This document shows, piece after piece, positions 1-9,577 of a stretch of 54,113 nt of DNA; positions within the stretch are counted from its first letter, which is position 1; the number at the start of each line of letters is the position of its first letter. The stretch is from a virus (lineage: Duplodnaviria > Caudoviricetes): the IMG/VR virus record IMGVR_UViG_3300027797_000037, positions 1-54,113 of that record; one strand, 5' to 3'. Below the pieces are notes generated by a model. That model worked only from the letters and a program-made list of their open reading frames with translations. It ran no database searches and was not told where the DNA came from. A program made the translations under genes and the position numbers.

Positions 1-432
1 GTGTGGTGCTGGAGTAAGGTCTATTTGTGGAGCGCTTCTTTCGCTTTGGTAAACAACCCCACCATTAATGTTTACACGCTGTGCTTTCATTTGGCGTTGA
101 ATGCCCATCATTGGGTTGATCCCTTCAGGCCAGTAATACATAGATGGCTCAATACGCTCACCCTTGTGCACACCGCGTTGATACGCTTTTTGATTGACAC
201 GATTTTTGATACTATCCAGTAAACGGTCATCTCGACGTGAACGGATAGTACCGAGGTATCCATCAGGGTATTCCGCTGAAGGTACCCGCCCCACTCCAAT
301 ACGGAGTGAATCTAAAGTATCGCGTGCTACTGGAGTTCCTGCACCACCTTGGTTGTTGTAACCTGCAAGCCCGCCACCACCAAGTGATTGCCAGTTTTGA
401 GATGGAGAAAAATTATTAGCACCACTAGGCAT
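1..432 (-). CDS. Phage hypothetical protein, 3' end runs off the window (not in ORF track)
   Basis: Manual translation from ATG at 432: MPSGANNFSPSQNWQSLGGGG...EYPDGYLGTIRSRRDDRLLD...YQRGVHKGERIEP; open to base 1; start overlaps the upstream stop. Confidence 0.8.
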   Translation of the reverse strand, partial: MPSGANNFSPSQNWQSLGGGGLAGYNNQGGAGTPVARDTLDSLRIGVGRVPSAEYPDGYLGTIRSRRDDRLLDSIKNRVNQKAYQRGVHKGERIEPSMYYWPEGINPMMGIQRQMKAQRVNINGGVVYQSERSAPQIDLTPAPH

Positions 433-1156
433 TTGGTTTACCTAGCATTCTTGCATGAGCCTTTGCTGCCTCTAATAGAGCAGTGTGGAACTCAGCCCTG
501 CGTCCAATAGGGGTAATTAATTGTGCAGTAGGAAGTGTTGCTACCTTTTGCTCAACAAAACCACCAGGATTTGATCCATAATTGATTGCGCTGTTCTGTC
601 CACGAGTCTCTGTTGCCATCGCTGGACGTGCTCTTGGGGTAAACATTGTAACGTGACTACGGAAGGCAGCCTCTTCACCGTGTGGGTCAAACCCACGACC
701 TGTTGCAGCATGACCAAAATAGTCATGGACTGCACGGAACATATCATTCTCATCGTCACTAAAGTATGGGTGACCACCAGTAGTCTTTGTTGATAGTACT
801 TTAAACTTACCAGCACTTGCATCCGCCATCATGTCACGGGCACGTTTGTATGGGTCGTTCTGAGTTACTGAGACATCGACACCTAATCCGCCACGGTGTA
901 CAGGGCGCGTTAGAAAATCATATTGCCTCTTTGTTTCTTCTGCCATTGTTTTGTAATGCAACGCAGCAACAGGATCAAACGATGGTGCGGCTTCGTACTC
1001 ATTTGCAATACGCTTACCTTGAGATAAATTTACCATTACGTTATCAAAACGGGTAGGACGATCAAAGCCCATCTCTCCCGCAAAACGTGCAGCACCTGCT
1101 GCAGCCTGTGGAACAGGCGAAGTAATACCAATGCTAAATTCTTCTCTTCTTGGCAT
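425..1156 (-). CDS. Hypothetical protein with putative metal-binding motif (NDMFRAVHDYFGH...GEEAAFRSH)
   Basis: 243 aa; His/Asp/Glu cluster resembling a zincin-like site; coupled to neighbours. Confidence 0.6.
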   Translation of the reverse strand: MPRREEFSIGITSPVPQAAAGAARFAGEMGFDRPTRFDNVMVNLSQGKRIANEYEAAPSFDPVAALHYKTMAEETKRQYDFLTRPVHRGGLGVDVSVTQNDPYKRARDMMADASAGKFKVLSTKTTGGHPYFSDDENDMFRAVHDYFGHAATGRGFDPHGEEAAFRSHVTMFTPRARPAMATETRGQNSAINYGSNPGGFVEQKVATLPTAQLITPIGRRAEFHTALLEAAKAHARMLGKPNA

Positions 1157-1392
1157 TACTCCTCGTTTCTTCCGACGCCCTTATCAGACTTAGGAATAGG
1201 AGAGTCAGATTCATTTGAATCGTCAAAGTTTAATGTGCTACCTGCGTTACGCGAACCGTAAGGCGCACCTGCTGGACTTCTCCAAGTTGTTGACTTAGAA
1301 AGGGTGGTTGAAGTTCCCTTGCTGTAAGACATCGGTGACTCGTAGTTTTCGGTATAACCCTGAAACTGCGGAGAAGAAACTGGTGATCCCAT
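1156..1392 (-). CDS. Ser/Gly-rich hypothetical protein
   Basis: 78 aa; TAATG coupling to downstream gene. Confidence 0.65.
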   Translation of the reverse strand: MGSPVSSPQFQGYTENYESPMSYSKGTSTTLSKSTTWRSPAGAPYGSRNAGSTLNFDDSNESDSPIPKSDKGVGRNEE

Positions 1393-1393
1393 T

Positions 1394-1849
1394 TTAGTAG
1401 GAGCCGTTTATCCCATTATTAAAGTCAGGTGATTGACGTCCTGCTACAGACGGAATCATGCGTGCGTTTGACATGTTTGCACCAAGTTCTGATTGATGTA
1501 CTGCTGGAAATGACGCACCAATTACGTAACGGGCTCCCATACGCTCTGATTGTGCAGCGTTATTAACAAGAATGTTCTTTTTATTACCCTTGTTCATAAT
1601 TGTTGGGTCCCCTGCTTGTACACTCTTCTTTGGGATAAGTGTCCCGCGAAGAGGTGTTGCGCTCATATCTGCAACGCCTGTTACCTGACCAACATAACGA
1701 CGTGCGCTATTAGCGTGCTCTGCAGAAGCAATAACTTCTTCTGGTGTCATGTGTTCTTTGTTCATATTGTTACCTGCCGCTTCGTGGTGGTTAGAAGGTG
1801 CGCCCATGCGACGCCGCATGGCGTGTCCTACGTCTGTCCATCTTGCCAT
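1394..1849 (-). CDS. Hypothetical protein
   Basis: 151 aa with AAGGAG RBS upstream. Confidence 0.75.
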   Translation of the reverse strand: MARWTDVGHAMRRRMGAPSNHHEAAGNNMNKEHMTPEEVIASAEHANSARRYVGQVTGVADMSATPLRGTLIPKKSVQAGDPTIMNKGNKKNILVNNAAQSERMGARYVIGASFPAVHQSELGANMSNARMIPSVAGRQSPDFNNGINGSY

Positions 1850-1886
1850 AGTGACTCCTTAATCTTGATACAAGGATACGTCTGAA

Positions 1887-2177
1887 TTAACTTGCTGTAA
1901 TGGCAAAAACAATGGCGCTGATTTCGCCATCACGAGACTCAATAGTGGTAAATCCTGGCTTACATACAAGGTCTAGACCACGAGGAGCCACATAGCCTCT
2001 GGCAATTGCCATAGCCTTGACCGCTTGGTTTACTGCCCCTGCTCCTACAGCACGCATTTTGACTTCATGCTTGTCATAGATCGCATGAGCAATTGCTGAG
2101 GCAACACTTTGTGGGTTTGAAGAAGCGCTAACGCGTAAAAACTGCTCTTCAGAAGATTTTTCAGAGTTGTTATTCAA
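1887..2177 (-). CDS. spoVS: SpoVS-family (Alba-like fold) protein
   Basis: LRVSASSNPQSVASAIAH...RAVGAGAVNQAVKAMAIARGY...LVCKPGF matches the SpoVS signature. Confidence 0.93.
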   Translation of the reverse strand: MNNNSEKSSEEQFLRVSASSNPQSVASAIAHAIYDKHEVKMRAVGAGAVNQAVKAMAIARGYVAPRGLDLVCKPGFTTIESRDGEISAIVFAITAS

Positions 2178-2230
2178 TTTTTAGTCCTTTAGTTTCGTGT
2201 GATGCGCCGCTCCTGGACTAAATGGTACGG

Positions 2231-2833
2231 CTAAAGTCTGGCTTGGTCTCTGTATTTAGGGTCTTCAATTTGTTTGGCTACTGCTTCCTCAATTTTATCA
2301 ATCGCAGTTTTTCCAGCAAGCCTTCCTAAAGCGTAGGAATCTGCGGCGTTATCATCGTTAAACTCAATGCCCCAACGCTTGTAGATTTGCATCAACATCT
2401 CTTGTTTTTTGGCGTTTCCTTTACCTGCTGCATACTTTTTAAGTGTCATTGGTGGAACTTTGAGAGGATATCGACAGATATCATTTTCACCAAAATAATC
2501 ATAAATAGCCATCTTTACTACTGCAGCCAATTCACCAAGAACTAAGGCTGCATGACTGGCAAGAACAGACCCCTCCATTGCTATATCTGTAATCTCATGT
2601 TCTTCTGAAACATAGTCAAAGGTGTCTATCAACCATTGACGAATATCGGCTAGTCGTTCAATACCAAAGTAAGGTGATTTGTATACCCACGTAGTATGTT
2701 TTGCAGGTTCGTCAATACTTACTGCAGACAAAGCAAACCCCGTTAGCGATTGATCGATACCAATCGCAACAAGGGTTTGTTTTTTTGTTAATCCACCGTC
2801 AAACAGTTTTGTTGGCACGGAGGTTTCTTTCAT
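2231..2833 (-). CDS. ruvC: RuvC-like Holliday junction resolvase
   Basis: IGIDQSLTGFA, AMEG, LKKYAAGKGNAKKQEM, DDNAADSYAL motifs. Confidence 0.88.
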   Translation of the reverse strand: MKETSVPTKLFDGGLTKKQTLVAIGIDQSLTGFALSAVSIDEPAKHTTWVYKSPYFGIERLADIRQWLIDTFDYVSEEHEITDIAMEGSVLASHAALVLGELAAVVKMAIYDYFGENDICRYPLKVPPMTLKKYAAGKGNAKKQEMLMQIYKRWGIEFNDDNAADSYALGRLAGKTAIDKIEEAVAKQIEDPKYRDQARL

Positions 2834-3092
2834 CTATGACCATTTCAATGGTCCCAAGATAACCTGCCCCGTCCGTCAAGTTATCTCGCTTATGCATGTA
2901 GGCCTCTCTTGCAATCTTTACCCATGCCATTGCTAATCCCACTTGTTCTTCAGTAATGTCAATACCAAAAATAACTTCCCAACCTTTTTTAATACGGTTG
3001 AAGTTGTCAAGTGGATGATCGTAGGTGTAGTTACGATCGCCATGGATAAGTTCCTCTGCTTCTTGAAGAATAGACTTAAGGGAGTCTGACAT
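2799..3092 (-). CDS. DUF6378-like protein
   Basis: EAEELIHGDRNYTYDHPLDNFNRI...KIARE...DNLTDGAGY; start set to ATG 3092 after AGGA. Confidence 0.75.
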   Translation of the reverse strand: MSDSLKSILQEAEELIHGDRNYTYDHPLDNFNRIKKGWEVIFGIDITEEQVGLAMAWVKIAREAYMHKRDNLTDGAGYLGTIEMVIDERNLRANKTV

Positions 3093-3966
3093 ATTTTCCT
3101 GTCTGAAACTCATTCTTAGTATCAATAGTTGTAGCCATTAATGCTTTAAAGGTTTCGTCAAAAGTTGTTTTTTTATTTAGTAACCACCATCCAGCAAACG
3201 CTGCAGCAGCATTTGAGGTGCCCGTAGTAAACTTTGTTGTTCCATTTAATTGTTTAGCATTCCAACGACCATTTAAAAAGAAGTCAGTCTGTCCCTGTGC
3301 GCCGTTGCTGTACCGAGCAATATATGGGGCAGCATTTGAATCGTATTCAATAGGTTCTGAACCTGGCCACGGATTGTCTGTTGCTCCAACTGACACTGCA
3401 TCAGGCAAACACGCTGGTGAAAACACCCCAGTTCGGTTTCTATCGTTACCTACTGCAGTAATTACTGGGACATGTGCTGTTTTAAGTTTTGCAATACTTT
3501 CAGCCATTCCTTTTGGAACTTGACAGTTTGGGAACACTGCACCCTGTGCAAGGCTTACAACTGCAATATTGTGCTTTACTTGATTGGCAACAATCCAATT
3601 AAAAGCGTTCTGTACATCTTCCATAGAGTAAAACCCTGGAGTACCTGCTGGAGATATTCCCACAATACGAATAGGAATAATCTTGGCTGATGGGTTAAAA
3701 CGAAGAACTAAAGAGATCATTTGAGTGCCGTGGTTTAGGGCTTTGTTTGTAGATACTGGAATATTGGCTGCGCCTTTTCCTTCCATTGTTAACTTCCCAT
3801 TAGGACACGTAAATGAGGTCAATAAACAAACCTCGTAAGCAATATTGTCTTTAAACAAGGAAGTGTTGGTACCTGTATCGATAACAACAATAGTTGGCGG
3901 CGTATTGGCGTGTGCTGGGTGTACTGAGGCTAAAAGCAGCCCTAAAACAAGTAATAATTTTTTCAT
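3076..3966 (-). CDS. Secreted S8 subtilisin-like serine peptidase
   Basis: Signal peptide MKKLLLVLGLLLASVHPAHA; triad motifs VIDTG, HGT, GTSNA; AVGN oxyanion Asn. Confidence 0.9.
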   Translation of the reverse strand: MKKLLLVLGLLLASVHPAHANTPPTIVVIDTGTNTSLFKDNIAYEVCLLTSFTCPNGKLTMEGKGAANIPVSTNKALNHGTQMISLVLRFNPSAKIIPIRIVGISPAGTPGFYSMEDVQNAFNWIVANQVKHNIAVVSLAQGAVFPNCQVPKGMAESIAKLKTAHVPVITAVGNDRNRTGVFSPACLPDAVSVGATDNPWPGSEPIEYDSNAAPYIARYSNGAQGQTDFFLNGRWNAKQLNGTTKFTTGTSNAAAAFAGWWLLNKKTTFDETFKALMATTIDTKNEFQTGKYVRLP

Positions 3967-4418
3967 AATATAAATGAATCCCTCCGACCCATAGTTTGTG
4001 ATCTACGGCTAATTTCTCGTGAAACTAACGTGATGTCCCGTTCTTGGTTGTTTAACATCATTTCTAAGATCTTTCGATAAGCATACTTCTCTTCGTACTT
4101 ATCCCGCAAATCCTGGATATCTGGGTCAATATCAATTTGAGCCTTTATTAACGAAACTGTAGTCCCTTTAGGGGCCCCTGTAGTTAACCTCACAAGCGCT
4201 TTGCTTTCGACAAACTCAGACTTACGCAGGGCATCGCGTTCGGCCAACTGAGCCTGCACCAATTGGCTAGACATATAGTCGGCCCAACCTGTAAGGACAG
4301 TAAACATCTCTGCAAGTTGCTCACTATTTAGTTCTGTTATGTCTGGTGGAAGTACTGCTTGATCATAGGCTGGTTTTGGAAGGTCCAACCCTCCCCGCAT
4401 CATTGGGCTTAGTTCCAT
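3963..4418 (-). CDS. Helical hypothetical protein, possibly UvsY-like recombination mediator
   Basis: 151 aa coiled-coil character, GAGGAG RBS, in recombination cluster; function tentative. Confidence 0.5.
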   Translation of the reverse strand: MELSPMMRGGLDLPKPAYDQAVLPPDITELNSEQLAEMFTVLTGWADYMSSQLVQAQLAERDALRKSEFVESKALVRLTTGAPKGTTVSLIKAQIDIDPDIQDLRDKYEEKYAYRKILEMMLNNQERDITLVSREISRRSQTMGRRDSFIL

Positions 4419-4420
4419 AC

Positions 4421-5266
4421 TTACTCCTCAATTAAATCGCACTGCTTACAACCACTGGAATCAATATTACACTTAAGTAGAACACCAGCGTCAACCGCGT
4501 CATTAATCTGCTTTGCTTTGTAGAAAATCCTATCAACGACATCGTAATCCGCCTTTACTGTGAACTCCTTGTAGTCTTGATCCATCTTCAACTCATATAA
4601 AAATACAATTTCTTTTGGCGCTTCTTCGCCAAACATACGACGAGCCAGTTCTAAGTACATTTGACCCTGCAACAAGTGCCCACGAAATGGTCGACGTATG
4701 TTGCGCCAAGCCTTTTTTAAATCATAATCAGCATCACGAAGTAACTCTGGTGCTTCAAAACGAAGTGTTCCTTCTCCAATTGATTTAATCTCAATAAGGA
4801 AGTCCTCACCAAGACCCTTAACCCAACCATCTGTGTGGCCTGCAATACGAAGTGTTGGATCAACAACTTTTACTTCATCATAAACAAGTGTGGTTGAGTT
4901 GCAGTGCTCACAGGTCTGAGGAGAAAGTCCTGAAGTAGTCTTATTACAACTTTGGCATTTAAAATCTCCCCACATATTACCCATTTCATATATGCGGTTT
5001 TGCCATTTAGCGTGAATAAAATGTCCTTCATCAAAAATGTTTTGCAGTCTAAGATTTGGGTTATCTTGTTTTTTCTTACCTCCCATTAAAAGGTAAGCAG
5101 AATAACGGTAACAAAAATCAGCCTTAATCATTTCTGATGGGTGTAAAACGGTTGTATTACGATCTCCTGGAGCCTTACGCATTAGATGACGCTCAATAGG
5201 ACCAAGAAGGCGTGTTTCTGTTTTCTTGGTATCTAAAAACTTTTGAAGATCGTTTTTTACTACCAT
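4421..5266 (-). CDS. Cas4-like PD-(D/E)XK exonuclease
   Basis: HPSE..C.R, GHFIH, GHTDG, IEIKS, QxxxY and C-terminal CxxC. Confidence 0.85.
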   Translation of the reverse strand: MVVKNDLQKFLDTKKTETRLLGPIERHLMRKAPGDRNTTVLHPSEMIKADFCYRYSAYLLMGGKKKQDNPNLRLQNIFDEGHFIHAKWQNRIYEMGNMWGDFKCQSCNKTTSGLSPQTCEHCNSTTLVYDEVKVVDPTLRIAGHTDGWVKGLGEDFLIEIKSIGEGTLRFEAPELLRDADYDLKKAWRNIRRPFRGHLLQGQMYLELARRMFGEEAPKEIVFLYELKMDQDYKEFTVKADYDVVDRIFYKAKQINDAVDAGVLLKCNIDSSGCKQCDLIEE

Positions 5267-5269
5267 GTT

Positions 5270-5599
5270 TTAGTCCTTATCTATGTTAGATATAAACTCT
5301 TTAAGAGTCATTTTTTTCTTAAACTTCTTTTGCCACTTACGAACTAAAGCGTTTCTTTCTCTGTGCGAGAGTCCTCCCCAAATTCCGTGGGGTTCATCAC
5401 GGGACACCGCATCCCAGAGGCACTCGGTTCTGACTGGACAAGGGTTTTTACCTGTTTCTCCAAAACAGAAACCTTTCGCTTGAGTCGCCAAACTTTTATA
5501 GAGGTCCTTGTCGCGAGGAGGGTAAAAGATAAGAGTTGTTTCATCTTTACCTTTGCAACGGGCTTTGTAGCGCCAGACGTAATCGGGCTCTTCTTCCAT
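5270..5599 (-). CDS. whiB: WhiB-family Fe-S transcription factor
   Basis: W...ARC..IFYP..C..CPVRTECL..A..GIWGGLSHRER. Confidence 0.93.
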   Translation of the reverse strand: MEEEPDYVWRYKARCKGKDETTLIFYPPRDKDLYKSLATQAKGFCFGETGKNPCPVRTECLWDAVSRDEPHGIWGGLSHRERNALVRKWQKKFKKKMTLKEFISNIDKD

Positions 5600-5920
5600 T
5601 TAGTGGTCATCCTTTAGTTTCTCCCTCATCTCGATGAAATCATCTTCGACTAATATTACATAATTCTTGTTGTTTAGGCTAATCCCAAACACAGGTGTTC
5701 TACCGTCAATGATTGCTTCTGTGGTTATTTTTTCTAGTTCTTCTGCTTTAATAGTTTTAGTTTTTTTACCAGTCCATTTATGTTCTATAAGTAAATCGTC
5801 TGATCTAACATCGCCTTTTCTAGACCAAAAAGCCCCAGAAGCCGCTGTTGTTGATCCTCCCACTAATTTAGCCAATCTTTTTTCATGCTTTTGGGACTGT
5901 TTTTGCCCCTCACTCTTCAA
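5600..5920 (-). CDS. Hjc-like PD-(D/E)XK nuclease, putative resolvase
   Basis: HEKRLAK..GG..ASGA...KGDV..LLIEHK. Confidence 0.72.
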   Translation of the reverse strand: MKSEGQKQSQKHEKRLAKLVGGSTTAASGAFWSRKGDVRSDDLLIEHKWTGKKTKTIKAEELEKITTEAIIDGRTPVFGISLNNKNYVILVEDDFIEMREKLKDDH

Positions 5921-6158
5921 GAAGTTCTATCTTTCCTTCGTTGTACCCTTTGAGCAAACGAGGTACAAGGTAAAAGAGTGCTTCACGCCAAAAACACTCT
6001 GCGCAACCGCAAAAAAGTTCTTTAGATAAAGTTTCAGGAATTTCATCTTCTGACCCTTCATACACGGCTTCAAACAACATGTCTGTATAGTCAGCAACAC
6101 CTGTCTCTAACTCATGCGCCCAATCACCATCATTAACAATAAACTCTCTATTCGTCAT
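5910..6158 (-). CDS. Acidic hypothetical protein with CGCxxC
   Basis: 82 aa, overlaps both neighbours. Confidence 0.7.
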   Translation of the reverse strand: MTNREFIVNDGDWAHELETGVADYTDMLFEAVYEGSEDEIPETLSKELFCGCAECFWREALFYLVPRLLKGYNEGKIELLEE

Positions 6159-7194
6159 CTAAAACTCCCATTGGTAAATCGCTAGTTTCAAACACTGCTT
6201 TTTGAACTTCTTCTTTAAAATCAATTTCTGCACGAAGGCTATCTATAACAGGTTCAATACCTTGCCATTTGCGGTCTCCAAAGTAATACCATCCACCTTT
6301 ACGATCAATTATTCCTTTTACAACCGCAAGGGACGCAATTTCTTTAGCAAAGTCATACTCACCTGGATTACATTCTCCACCTTCAGCAAAATAAAAATCA
6401 AAGTAGGCTATACGTTGTGGTGGAGCAGTTTTATTTTTTAATACCCGTACTTTTATACGTTGACCAATGCGGTTTTTGTTTCCGCTAGGGCCAATCTCAA
6501 TCCACTCATCACGCTTTACTTCACAACGAGTAAAAAACGCATAATCTTTACCTTGTCCACCAGGAGTGGTACGTGGATCACCGTGCATTACCCCGATCTT
6601 CATACGGTACTGGTTAATAATAAGGCCAAGAATAGGTCGTTCATTTTCAGTTAGGCTTCGTTTCATTGCTGCACCCACTACACGAAAAAACTTATTAGTA
6701 AGAAGGGCGCCACGACCAACGGTCATTTCATCCATATCTTTTGCCATTTCAGGGGCTGGAGATAACGCTGGTAATGAATCAAGAACAATTGCATCTACTG
6801 ATTGTGACTCAGCAAATTGAATAACTGCTTGGTATGCCTCTTCCATAACTGTTGTTTCAATAACAATTACTCGGTTTGAATCAACCCCGCACATTGCTGC
6901 GTACTCTGGTACCCATTGTTCGGCGGCAACCCACACAGTTGTAAACTCTGGGTCTTTTGCTTGGTTAGCAGCAATAGTTTTTAATGCCACCGCTGTTTTG
7001 CCGTGAGATGGTTCTCCAATTAATTCGTTCCACTGGTTTCCAGGAAATCCTCCTCCAAGGACGTAATCCAACGTAGTAGAACCAGAGGTAAAACGAGGCA
7101 TAATATCGGAACGAATGTCACTAGCGACCACAACAACACCCGCACCAAACTTTTTGTTGAGTTGAGCAACGATCTTTTTGGCTTCATCATTCAC
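6148..7194 (-). CDS. recA: RecA-like recombinase
   Basis: SGSTTLDYVLGGGFP, Walker A GEPSHGKT, IVLDS, INQYRMKIGVMHGDPRTTPGG, KNKTAPP. Confidence 0.95.
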   Translation of the reverse strand: MNDEAKKIVAQLNKKFGAGVVVVASDIRSDIMPRFTSGSTTLDYVLGGGFPGNQWNELIGEPSHGKTAVALKTIAANQAKDPEFTTVWVAAEQWVPEYAAMCGVDSNRVIVIETTVMEEAYQAVIQFAESQSVDAIVLDSLPALSPAPEMAKDMDEMTVGRGALLTNKFFRVVGAAMKRSLTENERPILGLIINQYRMKIGVMHGDPRTTPGGQGKDYAFFTRCEVKRDEWIEIGPSGNKNRIGQRIKVRVLKNKTAPPQRIAYFDFYFAEGGECNPGEYDFAKEIASLAVVKGIIDRKGGWYYFGDRKWQGIEPVIDSLRAEIDFKEEVQKAVFETSDLPMGVLDDE

Positions 7195-7568
7195 TAGTTA
7201 ATCCTTCCAATGATTCCTTGTGGGTTCCAGTTACTTGCAACATCATTACCAGCAGCAGATTTAGTTCCGCCTTCTACTTTTGCACCAGTCAATGCTCCAT
7301 ATCGGCTTCCTGATTGGTTAATGGGGTAGCCGCAGTCATAACAACGAGGAGCCGCGTTTTGTATTGCCATGTAGTTAGTTCCACCACACTCAGGGCATGA
7401 AGCGGTTTGACTTGCACTGCCAATTCGTAATGAAGGTGTTTGTGGTTGCGGTGCTTGGTACGGTGTCATCGGTTGCTGTGAGGGAGGCATTGGAACATCT
7501 GTTGGCCTTGCCTGTGGCTGCACTGGTTGTGTGCCTAGTTGTTTAGCCCACCAATCTGCATTACTCAT
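7194..7568 (-). CDS. Pro/Gln-rich protein with zinc ribbon
   Basis: CPECGG...RCYDCGYP; start MSNADWW at 7568 gives ATGA overlap with polA. Confidence 0.75.
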   Translation of the reverse strand: MSNADWWAKQLGTQPVQPQARPTDVPMPPSQQPMTPYQAPQPQTPSLRIGSASQTASCPECGGTNYMAIQNAAPRCYDCGYPINQSGSRYGALTGAKVEGGTKSAAGNDVASNWNPQGIIGRIN

Positions 7569-9565
7569 TTTGCTTCTCCCCATTTGTTAACTATTTTTAC
7601 CTCGGCAATAAGAGGAACTGTAATCTCTGGAAGTTTGATGCCTTCCATAGACTCACGAATTGCTTCCGCAACCTCTTCTGCAAGATCTTCACGAGCAACT
7701 GTAACGAGTTCGTCGTGCACAGTCAAAATAACATTAGCCCCTGGCTCATCAACAAAACAGGAATGGGCTCTTACCATTGCTAATTTCATTAAATCTGCTG
7801 CAGATCCTTGAATTACCGTGTTAAACGCCTGTCGATCTGCTCTAGCCTTTAACCCACGCTCACGGCTCTTAAGTTCAGGGATGTAACGGCGTCGACCAAA
7901 GATAGTCTCAACATAAGGTATTGGAGCCTTTGCAGAGGCTTGGCGTATCACCTTTGCCTTGTACTTAGCAATGTCGTTAAACTGAGCCTCAAAACGGTTT
8001 AGAAGGTCTTTAGCAGCCGTTACAGAACACCCAATGCTTTGAGCAATCTTTTCAGGACCAACTCCGTACGCAATAGACAGCACAAGTACTTTACCTGCTT
8101 TACGGTCTACTCCCATAGTGTCACCAATAGTTGTGTAGATATCTCCACCGCTACGGTAATTCTCAACCATAATTGGGTCGTTTGAAAAAGAAGCAATAAT
8201 TCTAGGTTCAATCTGTGAGTAGTCTGCCATGATCAACTTATGCCCTGGTGGTGCAACAAATAGATTACGAATTAACTTTCCATACTGTCCACTACTAGGG
8301 ATGTTTTGAAGGTTTGGATCACTACTGGAGAAACGACCTGTCTCTGCTCCGTGCGCTTTAAAATTTGTATGCACTTTGCCACTAATCATAAGGCTTTTTT
8401 TATCAACAATTTTTTCTTTACCCATTGTTGTCCGAGTGATCTCACCGCCAAGATAAGGCATAACGTAAGTAGTCATCAACTTGTTTAAGTCTTGATACTC
8501 CAAGATTGCATCTACTAGTTCATCTTTAGATCGGTAAAACTCTAAAGCATCTGACGATACAGAAAAGTGCTTTATACCCAATGCTTCAGGATTATTTGCA
8601 GCAACTTCTTGCCCTTTTACCGTTAGAGCAACGCGAATACGAAGATTAGGTTTGATTCCACGACCTTCAGGTGCGGGAGAAAACAACAACTCTTGTTTTT
8701 CTTTAACTGAATTCATTAAAAATGGTTTGCCAGTTAACTTCCAAGCCTTTGCTTTTGCCGCATCAATATCAATATCAAGTCGTGCTTTAAGTGCCTTTAA
8801 CTCTTCAACATCGATCGTTGCCCCAGTCAACTCCATATCGCAAAGAGCAGCCACCACATCCATCTCTAAAGCCCATACACGCTTTAAAGATCCCTCAAGG
8901 CGAGGCTCTAAAGCCTTGTATAACTTCCAAGTGACCTCGGCGTCAAAACCAGAATAATGAGCAACGTCACTAAAAGAGTGAACCTCGACCATAGCACCAA
9001 TACCTTTTTCAACTTTAATTCCTAAAACTTTTTCAGCACAGGCTGCAAGACCTAAAGCATTACGGTTTCTATTGTCAATAACAAACATTGCCATCAACGT
9101 GTCAAAAAATGGTTTAGTAGGGACTACACCACGGTAATACTTTGCAATCGACTTTAAATCAAACTTTACATTGTGACCAATTTTTAACTTGTTACTAAAA
9201 AATAATGGTTTTACTGCTTTAAACACGTCTCCAGGAAGAAGTTGCACAGGTGGCTCACCAAACACTGGTGTCCACTTGGCTTGATTCTTTGAGTAATCTG
9301 CGTCCGTTAATGTTTTGCCTGCATCAGATTTACGTTGACCACTTAAAAGAAGTTCTTTATCCCAATGCAAAAAATCACCGTTGGGATGTCCCATAGGTAT
9401 AACATCTGTGCGGCCCTCTGTTGCAAACGAGATCCACATAACGTCGTTGACAACTGGTTGGATTCGATTCTCACCAACTGTTTCAACGTCAAAAGCAAAC
9501 GCATCAACCTTGGAGTAAAACTCAACAAGGTCTTCTAACTGTTCTTTAGTCGTAATAATATTCAT
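7565..9565 (-). CDS. polA: Family A DNA polymerase (3'-5' exonuclease plus polymerase)
   Basis: FDVET, GHNVKFD, TGRFSSSDPNLQNIP, ADYSQIEPR, QGSAAD, VHDE. Confidence 0.97.
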   Translation of the reverse strand: MNIITTKEQLEDLVEFYSKVDAFAFDVETVGENRIQPVVNDVMWISFATEGRTDVIPMGHPNGDFLHWDKELLLSGQRKSDAGKTLTDADYSKNQAKWTPVFGEPPVQLLPGDVFKAVKPLFFSNKLKIGHNVKFDLKSIAKYYRGVVPTKPFFDTLMAMFVIDNRNRNALGLAACAEKVLGIKVEKGIGAMVEVHSFSDVAHYSGFDAEVTWKLYKALEPRLEGSLKRVWALEMDVVAALCDMELTGATIDVEELKALKARLDIDIDAAKAKAWKLTGKPFLMNSVKEKQELLFSPAPEGRGIKPNLRIRVALTVKGQEVAANNPEALGIKHFSVSSDALEFYRSKDELVDAILEYQDLNKLMTTYVMPYLGGEITRTTMGKEKIVDKKSLMISGKVHTNFKAHGAETGRFSSSDPNLQNIPSSGQYGKLIRNLFVAPPGHKLIMADYSQIEPRIIASFSNDPIMVENYRSGGDIYTTIGDTMGVDRKAGKVLVLSIAYGVGPEKIAQSIGCSVTAAKDLLNRFEAQFNDIAKYKAKVIRQASAKAPIPYVETIFGRRRYIPELKSRERGLKARADRQAFNTVIQGSAADLMKLAMVRAHSCFVDEPGANVILTVHDELVTVAREDLAEEVAEAIRESMEGIKLPEITVPLIAEVKIVNKWGEAK

Positions 9566-9577
9566 TTAAATCCCCTC

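Noticed and set aside
4421-5266. Cas4 as part of a CRISPR-Cas locus
   Set aside because: No array or other cas genes; solo Cas4-like nucleases are common in phage recombination modules
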